Below, piece after piece: positions 12,721 to 26,019 of a stretch of DNA of 64,000 nt. Source of the stretch: Octopus bimaculoides (lineage: Eukaryota). The DNA is taken from NCBI RefSeq assembly GCF_001194135.2, contig NC_069004.1, positions 12,596,686 through 12,660,685 of the forward strand, written 5' to 3'. The notes under the pieces were generated by a model. That model did no database searches, was not told the DNA's origin, and worked only from the letters and a program-made list of their open reading frames with translations. The translations under genes and the position numbers were made by a program. The first letter of the stretch is position 1. Every line of letters begins with the position of its first letter.

Positions 12721-13337
12721 AAGTACTCATTATTATTATTATCTTTATTATTATTATTATTATTATTATTATCTTTATTATTATTATACTGAAAATTACA
12801 AGGGACCATCCCTCTTGTAGGGGTCACTCAGTATTTTGATCAACCACTCACACTCCACCTCCACTCTCACCCCACCCACCACCATATTACATGAGGGAGG
12901 GGAAAATATGAATAATTTATAGATTATGTATAAATCTATACATCTTTCTCCTCCCCTGCTTCCACTCCACCCTGCTCCACTAACGAACCACATAGCTTAG
13001 ATGTGACATGTGACATGTTTAGCATTGCAAGAATGCAATAATTCCTGGATCAGAGACAAAAAACAAAATGAAAATCAGTGCCATGACAAACTAAGGAGAT
13101 TAAATATTCTGAAACATAAAAACAAACAAAATACCACATTTTTATTTTAAAAAAAGTGGGTTGTAATGAAAATATAAATGTCCAAATCATTATTTTATTA
13201 TCATGCCCTCCTATAAACTTACTCATCAAGAGATGTAATAATTCAAATGTAAATGGAGCAACATCTCTCTGGGTACAAGGGTACATAATAAATTTACTGT
13301 TGATTATCTGATGGACATCACAAGCATACATAAACAA

Positions 13338-14000
13338 TTGATATGTAGAAAGGCCAACAGCTCTACTGCCAGGGCATCTAAAAATTTAGATGTAGCTAGA
13401 TGGGAACATAGCCATATTCGATTCAGATGTAGATGAACCATCATTCTACCCCTAAGGCTACATAATTTTGCTGCTGGTGAGCTGAAATGCTCTACATAAC
13501 AACTGAAATGTAGGACCAAAAACTCTGCTATTCCAATAATTGAATGGAGCAAATACCCATACCTGATTCAAATATAGATGAGCCAAAATCTCTACCCACA
13601 AGGACATGTAACAAAGCAACTGTTGATGAGCTGACATACTCCACAAGGATATGTAACAATTGAAATGTGTGGACAGACTAACATTTCTACTACCAGGGGA
13701 CCTAATAATTGAAATATAGATGGGGACATATTCATACCTGATGATGCTGTTATTCAACCATAGATGATAGGGCAACATTCCTACCACTGGGGTATGTAAT
13801 AATTTAACTGTAGGTGGGTCAACTTACCCTTCTTGTAGGGCATGCAATAACACAACTGTAGATAGGGCAAGATCCCTACCGCTGGGGTATGCAATAATTT
13901 AACTGCAAGTGGTCAACATGCTCCTCTATCAGGGTATGCAATAACACAACTATACATAGGACAAGATCCTATAATTGGAGATCCCTATAACATGTCTGCT
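13338..14000. repeat. Degenerate minisatellite of about 45-48 bp
   Basis: Recurring aataat(t)(t/g)aa(c/a)tgtagatgggcaa...cctacc...ggggtatg(c/t) units, more diverged toward 13338. Confidence 0.7.
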
Positions 14001-14793
14001 ATCAGGCAGAGTGTATAATTCTTTATCCCAAACCCTATAACTCTACTCAATATAATTCTGCAGTTGATTGCCTGCTTTATCTAAAATATCTCTCCCTACT
14101 GCGATAACTTTCAGTGGCATTGGTCTATTCCAGACCCACCCCTACCGCCACCACCACCAGTACTGAGAGATAATATTTTACAATTGATAGATTATTTTAT
14201 ACCAAAATAAATTATATCCTGCTAATGAATATAGTTTACAGGTGACCAGAATTAGTAATTCATGTATAATAGTCCCTTCCATCATGGTAAGTGAAATCAT
14301 ATCTCTCTCTTTCACACACACATACACACACACACACATTTCCCTTCCCGCAGCATTATTTTCAATTAGTTAAAATTCCTTGGGGTTGACTTCCCTGCCT
14401 TTATTGACCAGAATTACTCATTAAGATAATGGCTGGTTCTAATCACAATGGTTATAATTATGATTAATAATCAATGTCTTGGTTCATTACGCTAAATACA
14501 TTACCACCCACTTCACAGAATAACAGCTTGTTAAACACTAACCAACGGATCAATATCCAGTTTTAAACATGTCATCAACGTCTCATCTTATCTCTTTCTC
14601 TCTCTCTCTCTGTCTGCAACATTTTGTATTTCTGGAGATGATTACATAACTGCCAGTGTATCAAATTAGAGTGTTATTAGTGTTTCTTTGTTTGTTCTTT
14701 TTTTTTAATAATATTACAACTGCTTCATGTAACACCAGTGTCAGAAAACGAAAATAAAGTTAAATAAATTTGTTTTTTGAGCTTTGCCTTCCA

Positions 14794-14835
14794 TCATTTT
14801 CCCTTTTTTTTTTCTTTCCTTCTTGCTTTGAGCAC
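14794..14835 (-). CDS. MAPKAPK2: Candidate MK2 terminal exon (VLKARRKEKKKGK*), NLS-like
   Basis: Strong acceptor ctttactcatctcttctgcag. The phase-0 reading is basic and resembles the MK2 C-terminal LLxKRRKK NLS. It is followed by about 1.8 kb lacking SINEs (3' UTR-like). Intervening exons are not visible, so the phase is unverified. Confidence 0.4.
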   Translation of the reverse strand: MLKARRKEKKKGK

Positions 14836-15352
14836 CTGCAGAAGAGATGAGTAAAGGGACTTGGCCTAGTGGTTAGGATGTTACACTCACAATCACAAGA
14901 TTGTAGTTTCGATTCCTGGACAGGGCAGCACATTGTGTTCTAGAGCAAAACACTTTGCTTCAAGTTGTCCCAGTCCACTCAGCTGTGAATGAGTAACCCT
15001 GTGACTGATTGATTTCCCATTCAAGAGAGTCGTTGGGATCTTGATCACTTATAACCCATGGAGACTGGGAAACTGAGACTTGACACAGTTATATCCAAGG
15101 GTTGATGGTCGTGAGTAGTCATGGAGATTTCAACCCTCTCACGCAGGAAAATCAGTCTTATAAAGCCACAAAGATGAAGATTTATAACTTCATGAAGAGG
15201 AATTAATTGTGTAAATATATATAGTTATTCGATTAATCCATGGCCTAGTTCAACATGTCCAGTTGGGTTTAGTGAAGTTCTTTTTGTAACGAACTTTTGA
15301 GTTATATTTTCAGTTTGTGGTCCGGGAATAACTTTCTTTTGGACAGATAGAC

Positions 15353-15452
15353 NNNNNNNNNNNNNNNNNNNNNNNNNNNNNNNNNNNNNNNNNNNNNNNN
15401 NNNNNNNNNNNNNNNNNNNNNNNNNNNNNNNNNNNNNNNNNNNNNNNNNNNN
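15353..15452. other. Assembly gap of exactly 100 N inside the MK2 3' region
   Basis: A 100-N gap is often an unsized placeholder. It is the likely location of the missing MK2 exons. Confidence 0.6.
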
Positions 15453-15700
15453 CCAGAAAATGGTACATCAACTAACATGGATACAGAGGGTACAGAGTCA
15501 ACGCCACACTAACCATTGTCCAAGACCATCACAGACGATGGATCAGGGATGGCCACCACTAACACCAGGAACCCCTGCACAGATATCACACCCATATTCT
15601 TACTGAATATCCGGGGCCTATTACGAACAGGCGGCAAAGACAAGTTTCTATACCTGAAAGACCTAGTTACATGCAATCAAGCAATATGCATGGTGCTTAC
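15453..15700 (+). mobile_element. LINE fragment spanning the ORF1 end and ORF2 (APE endonuclease) start
   Basis: One frame ends ...DQGWPPLTPGTPAQISHPYSY*, overlapping LLNIRGLLRTGGKDKFLYLKDL...ICMVLT (NxRGL...LxE endonuclease start). Truncated just before the expected E. Confidence 0.55.
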
Positions 15701-15816
15701 CTTATGCACGGCAGTTTCCCTTAGTCAAATATTATCACGAATATATTTGAAAGACTGTTCTGACATCTCTAAAGGAGAACCTAATTTTTCCAATGATAAA
15801 ATATTAAGTACTTTTA

Positions 15817-16125
<309 letters not shown>

Positions 16126-16974
16126 TCATCAGCCAGGGGCTGCACAAGGTTTCATTGTCTGTTTTGACCTAGTTTCTACAACTGGATGCCCTTCCTAATG
16201 CCAACCACTTCACAGAGCATACTGGGAGCTTTTTATGTGGCACCATCACCAAGTGTTTTTTATGACATCTATAATATCACTGCTAGAAATAGCAGTCAAC
16301 TCACCTTAAAATCACATCACGTTGTTATTTTTTTCTTTATTAGTTTCAGCTCAAAAGCTACAGCCATACTGTGGCAAAACATAAGCTACATTAAACAATG
16401 GAGCTCTAGAGACATTATTCTTGAAGAAACGTTGGGATGGTCACCTTTGACCATATGTTCATACCTAATCTCTCAAAAAATAAGATCACAATACAGACAT
16501 ACATACAGGGTGCAGGCATGGCTGTGTGATAAGAAGCTTGCTTCTCAACCACATGATTCTAGGTTCAGTCCCACTGTGTGGCACCTAAGACAAGTGTCTT
16601 GGGCCAACCAAAGCTTTGTGAGTGGATTTCGTAGATGGAAACTGAAAGGAACCTGTCATGTATATGTGTGTCTTCGTGTTTGTCCTCCACCACCGCTTAA
16701 CAACTGGTGTTGGTTTGTTTACATCCCTGTAACTTAGCAATTTGGCAAAAGAGACTGATCAGGTGAATACCAGATTTAAAAAGAAAATAAGTACAAGGGT
16801 TGATTAATTTGACTAAAATTCCTGAAGGTGATGCCCCAGCATGGCCATAGTCTAATGACTGAGACAAGTAAAAGAGAAAAGATATATTCGCTAGAAACAG
16901 CTGTAGTGAGAAGTGGTTCATATTTTGTACCAGATAATATTTTTGAGTTTTTCATTCACTTTTACTACAAAATA

Positions 16975-17153
16975 GGCGCAGGAGTGGCTGTGTGGCAAGT
17001 AGCTTGCTTACCAACCACATGGTTCTGGGTTGAGTCCCACTGCATGGCACCTTGGGCAAGTGTCTACTACTATAGCCTTGGGCCGACCAAAACCTTGTGA
17101 GTGGATTTGGTAGACGGAAACTGAAAGAAGCCCATCATATATATGTATGTATG

Positions 17154-17196
<43 letters not shown>

Positions 17197-17402
17197 ATAT
17201 GTTTGTGTGTCTGTATTTGTCCCCCCAACATCGCTTGACAACAGATGCTGGTGTGTTTATGTCCCCCGTAACTTAGCGGTTTGGCAAAAGAGACCGATAG
17301 AATAAGTACTAGGCTTCCAAAGAATAAGTCCTGGGGTCGATTTGCTCGACTAAAGGCGGTGCTCCAGCATGGCCACAGTCAAATGACTGAAACAAGTAAA
17401 AC
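16975..17402 (+). mobile_element. tRNA-headed SINE family B, representative full-length copy
   Basis: Head ggagtggctgtgtggcaagtagcttgc...gagtcccac, internal TA/TG tract, tail gactgaaacaagtaaaa. More than 12 other copies, e.g. 16500-16880, 22450-22815 (-), 48383-48735 (-), 52100-52440 (-), 54490-54955, 59208-59590 (-), 63535-63820 (-). Confidence 0.85.
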
Positions 17403-18662
17403 AGAGTAAAAAAAAAAAAGAAAGAGAGTATATAATTTTCATGGTTCTTTGAAGTCAACAAGTCAGACATCCTTATTCTAACCAAGACCTAATCAATATA
17501 ATTTCTAGCCATAACAAACTTTCATCATTAAAGCCCACAATTAAACAGAATTACACATCAAAGTTTATTTGAGATAATTAGCAACTTTTTTATTTGTTTT
17601 TGCTATATATTTTTTGTTATACAGGCTATGATTGTTTCTGATGATTTTTCTAAATTGTTGAAATTTTTTTTTGTCTTTGAATTTCAGGAAAATAATATTG
17701 ATTACCTGAAATCAATATTGATGATGTTGATTATATTAATACAAAGTAAGAGTTACACAATGATGTTGAAATTAGTGGGTGGGACTAGATTATTAGGTGT
17801 ATAGTGAGAATCAAACCTGATAAAGATTCAAGTAGGTGGGATAAGATTACCTAGGCAACAAGAATGGCACAGGCATGACCATGTGACTAACATACTTGCC
17901 TGACAAGCATACAATTCCTGCTTCAGTCTTGCTGTGGAGCACCTTGGACATGTGAATTCCACCACAGGCTCAAATTAATGCTTGTAATGTTAAATATCTT
18001 TAATATCACCATTTTTGTTGCCGTATTTCTATTGAAATATGATGTCTTTGTTTTCAATTAATTTTGAGAAATTTGTCCACTACAACTGGACACTAATTTT
18101 GTTGTTATTTAGTTTTTCCAGTCTGCTATTTTGAACATATTGGTGATTTTGCATTTCATCTTTACAGGGTTGATAAAATAAACACCATGTCGATTTCTGG
18201 GGAGGGGTTATTGAATTGATTTTCCCTTAAAAAAACATGGCTTTGTGCTTCTGTAAAAAAATCTTCACTGCTACTACTCCTACTACTACTACTACTGTGG
18301 TGAACCCTCTTCGGTCATGAATGACCATGTGATTACATCTAGGTTACCTTCTGAGGCACAAGCCCAGGCAAGGTTGTTTATGGAAGACCAACAGTCACCC
18401 ATGCATACCAGCCTCTCCTTTCCATGCCACCAATGTTATCCAAGAGAAAGGCAAAGGCCGATGCAGATTGGCACCAGTGATGTTGCAATTCATTTCAAGA
18501 GCTGAGTGAACTCGAGCAATGTGAAATAAAGTGTCTTGCTCAAGAACACAACACACAGCCCGGTCTGGGGATCAAACATTCTCAGCCTCAAGATGATGAA
18601 CCTGATGCTCACCACCACCACCACCACCACCACCACTGCTTCTGCTGCTACTACTACTACTG

Positions 18663-18701
<39 letters not shown>

Positions 18702-20484
18702 TTACTACTACTATCATTACTACTACCACTACCACCACCACTAAAAAAAAATCGTTTTTATCTATTAAGTGAAAATTNNNNNNNNNNNNNNNNNNNNNNN
18801 NNNNNNNNNNNNNNNNNNNNNNNNNNNNNNNNNNNNNNNNNNNNNNNNNNNNNNNNNNNNNNNNNNNNNNNNNNNNNNNNNNNNNNNNNNNNNNNNNNNN
18901 NNNNNNNNNNNNNNNNNNNNNNNNNNNNNNNNNNNNNNNNNNNNNNNNNNNNNNNNNNNNNNNNNNNNNNNNNNNNNNNNNNNNNNNNNNNNNNNNNNNN
19001 NNNNNNNNNNNNNNNNNNNNNNNNNNNNNNNNTTATATCAGTGATATTGATGTCTGAGTTCATCCCATCCAAACTAATCTTTACATTCCATCCTAGTTCT
19101 CCCAACTATATCATCATTTTACTTTTAATTATGGCTCAGAGGTTAAAAGGTTCCCTTGTCTATCGTTAGGTCCCTCAGTACAGTTCCCCCCCCCCCACTG
19201 CTTAGGCTTGGGATAACCCAAGCTTTGTAAGGGAAACTGAGTGGAAGCCTATCCAATGATGTTTAATTCAAAAGCTACAGCCTTTGTCACACACTGTGTC
19301 TGTGGAATATTCAACCACTTTTTTAAGTAGTTGTCCGGCATGATAACGATTCTGCCAGCTTGCTACCTTACCATCACTCACTGGTAATACTGCTTTCAAG
19401 TTTTTGGCACAAGGCCAGCAATTTCAGGAGAGGGATAGGTATTTTACATCAACCCCAATGCTCAACTGGTACTTATTTTATCAATTCCAAAAAGACAGAA
19501 GGCAAAGTCAACCTCGGTGGAATTTGAACTCAGAACATAAAGATGGACAAAATGCTGATAAGCAACTTTAGCCCAGCCTGCTAATGATTGTGTCTTCTCT
19601 TCATTCAAGCCTGTAAAATTATATTTTGTTAATAAAATATTGCTGATATCTAAATTTGTTTTTTCTTTTTTTTTTTTCAATTTATTAAAATATGAGATCC
19701 AGGTCCAGATCTTGTAAACATATTTTATCTTTTATCGTTTACTTGTTTCAGTCATTAGATTATGGCCATGCTGGGGCATCACTTTGAAGAATTTTTAGTC
19801 GACTGAATTGACCCCAGTACTTACATTTTGTCAATCCTGGTACTTATTCTATCGGTGTCTTTTGCTGAACTGCTTAGTTATGGGGATGTAAACAAACCAG
19901 CACAGGTTATCAAATGGTGGTAGGAGACAAACACACACACATTTCTGATAGGCTTTGTTTAGTTTTCATCAACCAAATTCGCTCACAAGGTCCAAGGCTA
20001 TAGTAGAAGATACTTGCTCAAGGTGCCATGCAGTGTGTCCAAACCCAAAACCATGTGGCTGGGAAGCAAGCTTCTTACCATGTGGTTGAGAAGCAAGCAA
20101 CTATTTGTGACTAGAGATCTTGTACTTGATTCAGTCTGTTTACTGAGCAGATTAGTACAGTGTTGGTAGACCAACCAGATTGGTAGTGTATTGGTATAGC
20201 CCTGGTACGGTCTGTTTACTGGACTTAGAATCATCATTGTAAACAGACAAAAAACAACCAAATTAGAAATAATACATTTCTAAATCTCTCAGAGAGATTT
20301 ATGCAGTAGTGACACATTGAAGTAGTTGAATGCTGTCAACTTAATGTGACAGTCCCATGAAGAGAATAATACTACTGTTGTTCAGACCTAGGAAGCTACA
20401 CCGCTTCCTGTCGGCCTCGACACATTTCCTGTGTCCTTATGTTTACAAGGGGGAGACAAGCACCTCCACCCAGCTCAGCCTGCA

Positions 20485-20527
20485 TCCAGAGATATGTTTC
20501 TGAGTCTTTGCTCGTCATCAATCTGGA
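20485..20527 (-). ncRNA. Mutated hammerhead copy (core TTGATGA, ACATAT)
   Basis: Mirror copy of 20600-20642 in the other palindrome arm, with C3->U in the core and a broken stem III palindrome. Confidence 0.6.
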
Positions 20528-20599
20528 GTAGCATGACCTGCTAGTCTAAAGCTCTTGTAAACAGCTTGACAGGCATCTTCGACTAGCAGGTCATGCTAC

Positions 20600-20642
20600 T
20601 CCAGACTGATGACGAGCAAAGACTCAGAAACATGTCTCTGGA
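20600..20642 (+). ncRNA. Minimal type I hammerhead ribozyme, intact core
   Basis: TCCAGA-CTGATGA-c-GAG caaaga CTC-a-GAAA-CATGTC-TCTGGA: 6-bp stem I, 3-bp stem II and palindromic ACATGT in place of stem III. Confidence 0.75.
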
Positions 20643-21449
20643 TGCAGGCTTAGCTGGGTGGAGGTGCTTGTCTCTCCTTTGTAAACATAAGGACACAGGA
20701 AATGTGTCAAGGCCGACAGGAAGCGGTGCAGCTTCCTAAGTCTAACCAACAGTAGTATTATTCCCTTCATGGGACTGTCACATTAAGTTGACAGCATACA
20801 ACTACTTCAAAAACAACCAAGTTATTAATCAGTAAATTTAGCTGACAAAACTATTCTGATTACTGATTATCAAATAGAATTGGTCTCCCTGTGAAAGTAA
20901 CAAGTGATATGAATTTGAGATTATCAATAAATTTGTCAACATTATTATGACATTGTTTGTATCAATATTTTTATTTAAGCCTACCATAATCAATACGTAA
21001 TTATCATTATCAAACCATGCCAGGTGGAACCATCTAGTGCATTTTCGTAAAATAATTCTTTTTTTCTTTTTCACTTGTTTCAGTCACTGACTGTGGCCAT
21101 GCTGGGGCACCACCTTCAAGAGTTTAGTCAAACAAATTGGCCTCAGTACCTATTTTTGCTAAAGTCTAGTACTTATTCTATCAGTCTCTTATTGCTGAAC
21201 TACTAAGTCACCAGTTGGTGGTGGCACACAAAGATAACCACACATTATATGTGATGGGCTTCCATAGAGTTTTCATCTCTGAAATTCACTCACAAGCCAT
21301 TGGTCAGCTATAGAAGAAGATGCTTGCCCAAACTGTTTTGCAGTGGGACTGGACCCCAAACCATGTTTATAAAGTGAACTTTTTAACCACACAGCCATGC
21401 TTGCACCAAATTAACCAATATTTCCTCAAATTTTTGTATGAAATACTCA

Positions 21450-21554
<105 letters not shown>

Positions 21555-21881
21555 TTAGAAAAAATATGTCTATGTTGGTTTCAAATTTTGGCACGAGGCC
21601 AGCAATTTTAGGGGAGAGGGTAAGTCGGTTACATCAACACCAGTACTCATCTGGTATTTATTTTATCGACCCCCGGAGGGATGAAAGGTAAAGCATTTGA
21701 GGAAAAAACAAGAGAAATGTCTATTTTGAGAAGAAAGAAAAGAGAAAAGGTTAAAAAAAGTGTGAAATGAGAAGATTGGACATGGCTGACTGGACATTTA
21801 GTCTACTATGGAGACAGTATTTTTTGGTGCTGGAGGTAAACACACACGCACTTACACACAGTGCATGCAGAGAATATACAC

Positions 21882-21926
<45 letters not shown>

Positions 21927-23227
21927 NNNNNNNNNNNNNNNNNNNNNNNNNNNNNNNNNNNNNNNNNNNNNNNNNNNNNNNNNNNNNNNNNNNNNNNNNN
22001 NNNNNNNNNNNNNNNNNNNNNNNNNNNNNNNNNNNNNNNNNNNNNNNNNNNNNNNNNNNNNNNNNNNNNNNNNNNNNNNNNNNNNNNNNNNNNNNNNNNN
22101 NNNNNNNNNNNNNNNNNNNNNNNNNNNNNNNNNNNNNNNNNNNNNNNNNNNNNNNNNNNNNNNNNNNNNNNNNNNNNNNNNNNNNNNNNNNNNNNNNNNN
22201 NNNNNNNNNNNNNNNNNNNNNNNNNNNNNNNNNNNNNNNNNNNNNNNNNNNNNNNNNNNNNNNNNNNNNNNNNNNNNNNNNNNNNNNNNNNNNNNNNNNN
22301 NNNNNNNNNNNNNNNNNNNNNNNNNNNNNNNNNNNNNNNNNNNNNNNNNNNNNNNNNNNNNNNNNNNNNNNNNNNNNNNNNNNNNNNNNNNNNNNNNNNN
22401 NNNNNNNNNNNNNNNNNNNNNNNNNNNNNNNAATGCAAATTATTAATTACTCCTTTACTTGTTTCAGTCATTTGACTGCGGCCATGCTGGAGCACCGCCA
22501 TGTTGGAGCAAATCGACCCCAGGACTTATTCTTTGTAAGCCTAGTACTTATTCTATCGGTCACTTTTTGTCAAGCGATATTGGAGGAACAAACACAGACA
22601 CACAAACATATACGCACACATACATATTCATATATATATATATATACATATATACGACGGTCTTCGTTCAGTTTCCGTCTACCAAATCCACTCACAAGGC
22701 TTTGGTCGGCCCGAGGCTACAGGAGAAGACACTTGCCCAAGATGCCACGCAGTGGGACTGAACCCGGAACCATGTGGTTGGTAAGCAAGCTACTTACCAC
22801 ACAGCCACTCCTGCACCTGGAGTGATTGATCACAAATGACAAACACTTTATCATTCTACATATATATTTATATCATCATCATCAGTTTTCCTTGCTGGCA
22901 TGGGTTGGATGGCTTGACCAGAACTGGCAAACTAGAAGGCTGTACAAGACTCCAGTCTGATTTGGTTTGGTTTCTATGGCTGGATGCCCTTCTAAATGCC
23001 AACCACTTTACAGAATGTGCTGGGTGCTCCTCATGTGGCACTGGCATGGGTGCTTTTATGTGGTGCTGGCAAAGGTGCTACTTACATGGCGCCAACATGG
23101 GTGCATTAAGTGGCATCAGCATAGGAGCTTTTTACATGTATGTGTGTGTGTATATATATATAATAATACAAATGATATATGAGCATATGCATGTATACAT
23201 ACATAAATTTACATACCTACATCTACA

Positions 23228-23270
<43 letters not shown>

Positions 23271-23336
23271 GAGAGAGAGAGAGAGANNNNNNNNNNNNNN
23301 NNNNNNNNNNNNNNNNNNNNNNNNNNNNNNNNNNNN

Positions 23337-23372
<36 letters not shown>

Positions 23373-23574
23373 GAGAGAGAGAGAGAGAGAAAGAAAGATG
23401 GAAGGGAAGGGAGGGTGGGAATGCCAAAGACATTAAAACGTCTGATGTAAAATAAGTTAGAGTGGAATTGGTGGTCCCAAAAATGCCTCTACCAAAATGG
23501 CTCAACCAAAACATCTCAGATCCCAAAAATTTTGATGACTGATTACTGTAAAAGAAGAAATAATTCATTTTTTA

Positions 23575-23808
<234 letters not shown>

Positions 23809-24392
23809 TTATCAGTTTGTCGCAGTTATAGAAAAGTAAACATGTGAACATTTCTTGCATATTTTGTTTGGTAAAAGTTAGTAATAGTTTTACTGCCAAA
23901 AATTGTTAGCAATGTCTTTACTGCCAACAACAATTAGTGACTGTCTACTGCCACCGACAATTTGATGAAATTTAAAGACACAGACAATAATTTGATAATG
24001 ATGATAATAATAATAATAATTTATTTCTTTATTGCCCACAGGGGGTGGCTAAACATAGAGGGAACAAACAAGGACAGATAAAGGGATTAAGTCGATTACA
24101 TCGACCCCAGTGTGTAACTGGTACTTATTTAATCGACCCCGAAAGGATGAAAGGCAAAGTCGACTTCAGCAGAATTTGAACGCAGAATGTAAAGACAGAC
24201 AAAATATTGCTAATAATAGGCAATACATCCTAAACCATTATTTGAGTGTATATAACTGAATTATACAATCTTTGGCATATTCCTCTCTCTCTCTCCATGT
24301 ATGTATGTATATTATGTGTGTGTATAAGAAAATGAGATGACAAAGGATTAATGAATATGATGTGCAATTTTTGAAACTACACTTCCTATTCA

Positions 24393-24474
24393 AGGCTCTG
24401 ATGAAGCTATAAGGTGTTACTCAGGCACTCAACTATGAATCCACTGCATCTTGTAGCAGAAACAGCTGTAAGCT
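24393..24474 (+). ncRNA. Hammerhead ribozyme with extended stem II, intact core
   Basis: GGCT-CTGATGA-a-GCTATAAG...CTTGTAGC-a-GAAA-CAGCTG-TA-AGCT: 8-bp stem II and palindrome ACAGCTGT. Confidence 0.72.
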
Positions 24475-24621
24475 AATGAAGTTCATAACATAATCGCTTT
24501 ATTCTTTTGTCACCTTATTTTCTTATTAGCACTCTGTACCTGACTAATGCTTCATTCTGAAGCATATATATTTTGAATTCTACACCAGGTTTCTCAGTTT
24601 CTCAATACCTAAGTGAAATAT

Positions 24622-24664
<43 letters not shown>

Positions 24665-26019
24665 TCCATCATCATCATTTAACATCAGTCTTCCATGGGT
24701 TGCATGGGTTGGATATTTTGTCAGGAACTGGTAAGCCAGAGGACAGTGCCTTGTCTATTGTTCAATGCATTTTAAATATTAAAAAAATTCCAAGACTTAA
24801 ATCTAACGATGCTGTTTTGGTATTGACTGGAAGAATTTTGCAGGATTTCTACGACGTTGGAATATGAAGAAATGAGTTTATGATGTTAACATCTACGTTT
24901 TACTTCAGGGAAATCTTTACAACAGGAAGGACACACTTTACTGCATAGTTTGAGGTAGTCAAATAATAGGATACAGCTAGACAAACACCAGGAACCATCG
25001 GGAAGGCCATTGGTTAAAACAACAACCTTCATTTTGAAGACAATAACACACCACTAGAGACATATACATCACTAGATACAGGCGCACAAACACACATACA
25101 TTACTAGACTTACATACATCCCTACACACACACCTCCATAGACAAAAATATATACATATATCACTAGATACATACACATACACAGATTAGAAACTGGATG
25201 TGTTTGTTTACATCTGTTCTGTTCTAGATACAAAGTCACCCTAAAATAGTAAAACGATCAGGGGCCAGCTGTATTTGTTTATATAAACCCCTCCTCTCGC
25301 AACCACTCTGTTGACACTATTCTTTAATAAACTGAAATTTTCCATTAACCCTTTCGTTAACCAACCCGGCTGAAACCGGCTCTGGCTCTGAGTACAAATG
25401 CTTTGTTTTCATAAGTTTTTGAATTAACATCTTCCACCAAACCTTAGTCACAATTTATGTTGCTGCTGCTGCTCTAAGTGTTTACTCAAAAATAAACATG
25501 ACTCAATGTTCACTTCTGAGTGAGTATTATTAGATTTACATGATCTAAACCAGTTTAGATTATGATAATGTAACAAATAGAATTATTATTATTATTAGAG
25601 ATAATAATAATAATAATAATAATTGCACTCATGCAGTACCAGGCAGTGGCTCTCATGGCTTTTGATCTTAACTGATTGGAAGTGTTATTATGTACATTGT
25701 TTTGTCTTGGGATAAAAAGATGGGCTACAGCAAATATTCTGCTCAATACCAAAAATTAGCTTGTCAGTTGCTTGATCTTGACCAGTTAAGCATGTCCATT
25801 AGTGGCTGACAATATGTGCATCTCTGATCATGAGCAAAAGTAGTGAGGGAACCATGTGTCAAGAGGAATTCTTTGGGGTTTGAATAATGGGTTCATCATC
25901 CTTAAATAAACCTTATTCAGGGACCTTTTGAGCAGGATGGGCTACTCAACCTGAAGAAAATTCTAACTGGGTCCCACCTGCGAGGTCATGTGCTGTTTAT
26001 TTTGATATAAGATCACCAT

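Larger units (their letters stand above)
20317..20810. mobile_element. 494-bp fold-back element, probably inverted Penelope-like pseudo-LTRs
   Basis: Arms 20317-20546 and 20581-20810 (230 bp each) are near-perfect reverse complements around a 34-bp spacer. Each arm holds a hammerhead motif. No TSD seen. Confidence 0.8.

Noticed and set aside
15701-15780. Cryptic 80-nt MK2 exon (ttag|GTTCTCC...ATAAG|gtaagc) after a 62-nt intron
   Set aside because: The acceptor lacks a pyrimidine tract, all three frames contain stops, there is no kinase similarity, and the donor comes from the LINE fragment. It could only be rescued as a poison exon by RNA-seq.
17688-17745. Plus-strand exon-like segment (tttcag|...|gtaag) antisense to MK2
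   Set aside because: 58 nt, no recognisable protein, and no partner exons found. Such sites are expected by chance in AT-rich DNA.
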